A DNA stretch of 5,962 nt from a virus (taxonomy: Duplodnaviria > Heunggongvirae > Uroviricota > Caudoviricetes): IMG/VR virus record IMGVR_UViG_2579778952_000007, positions 1-5,962 of that record. One strand, written 5' to 3'. Under the pieces are notes generated by a model. That model ran no database searches. It was given only the letters and a program-made list of their open reading frames with translations, and was not told the origin of the DNA. The translations under genes were made by a program, and so were the position numbers. Below, one piece after another: positions 5,788-5,962 of the stretch (positions are counted from its first letter, which is position 1; every line of letters begins with the position of its first letter).

Positions 5788-5962
5788 ATGTTTGGTATTT
5801 TCAAAAAGAAAACCCGCAAGGCCATTACCGAAGTGAAGAAGATGGAGAACCGTGACGCAGTGGAGGCGACCGTCTGGGGCGCGTACTCCATTGCATACGC
5901 TGACGGCACCTGTGACGCGAAAGAAATCGCGGTACTGGAAAAAACCATTGCAGCACTTCCTG
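5788..5962 (+). CDS. 5' end of a cargo gene of unknown function, partial (runs off the window)
   Basis: ATG 5788 preceded by AAGGA (5774-5778) at 9-nt spacing; the frame stays open to the window end (58 codons). Translation begins MFGIFKKKTRKAITEVKKMENRDAVEATVWGAYSIAYADGTCDAKEIAVLEKTIAAL. It occupies the position directly after the tRNAs that stx genes occupy in Stx phages, but it is not a Shiga-toxin A subunit (no signal peptide, different sequence). Confidence 0.55.
   Translation, partial: MFGIFKKKTRKAITEVKKMENRDAVEATVWGAYSIAYADGTCDAKEIAVLEKTIAALP

Noticed and set aside
5613-5790. A third intact tRNA (argO-like) downstream of tRNA-Arg TCT, and Shiga-toxin genes after the tRNAs
   Set aside because: No cloverleaf-compatible acceptor/T-arm pairing found in 5613-5787; the interval contains a terminator hairpin instead. 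The downstream ORF has no signal peptide and no resemblance to StxA.
5417-5948. ORFs overlapping the tRNA cluster and partial cargo gene (- 5417..5674, + 5564..5773, - 5763..5948)
   Set aside because: They overlap well-folded tRNA genes and a terminator, or lie antisense to the ribosome-binding-site-equipped ORF at 5788; protein-coding use is implausible.
1-5962. CRISPR arrays, IS elements or terminal inverted repeats, attachment-site direct repeats
   Set aside because: No spacer-interleaved direct repeats, transposase ORFs or long inverted or direct repeats were seen. The window appears internal to the prophage.

Overview
The window reads as the late-regulatory end of the early region of a lambdoid (Qin-like) enterobacterial prophage, with every supported gene on the + strand. 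In order: a 140-aa hypothetical protein; an AT-rich islet with a small hydrophobic ORF; a complete Hok/Gef type I toxin locus (promoter, long leader, 51-aa toxin, terminator); two small hypothetical ORFs; a DUF968/YdfU-like Cys/His-rich protein; a RusA Holliday-junction resolvase; a Q-family late antiterminator with four CxxCxGxG zinc-finger repeats; a PR'-like promoter and terminator; an AT-rich 239-aa multi-pass membrane protein in a moron position; a tRNA cluster (tRNA-Ile2 CAT, a degenerate tRNA-like element, tRNA-Arg TCT) with its own promoter and terminator; and the 5' end of a further cargo gene in the position Shiga-toxin genes occupy in Stx phages. The best candidates for an undescribed function are the membrane-protein moron between Q and the tRNAs and the truncated cargo gene after them. 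No CRISPR array, IS element or rRNA was seen. All calls come from reading the sequence and recalled family features; no database search was run.
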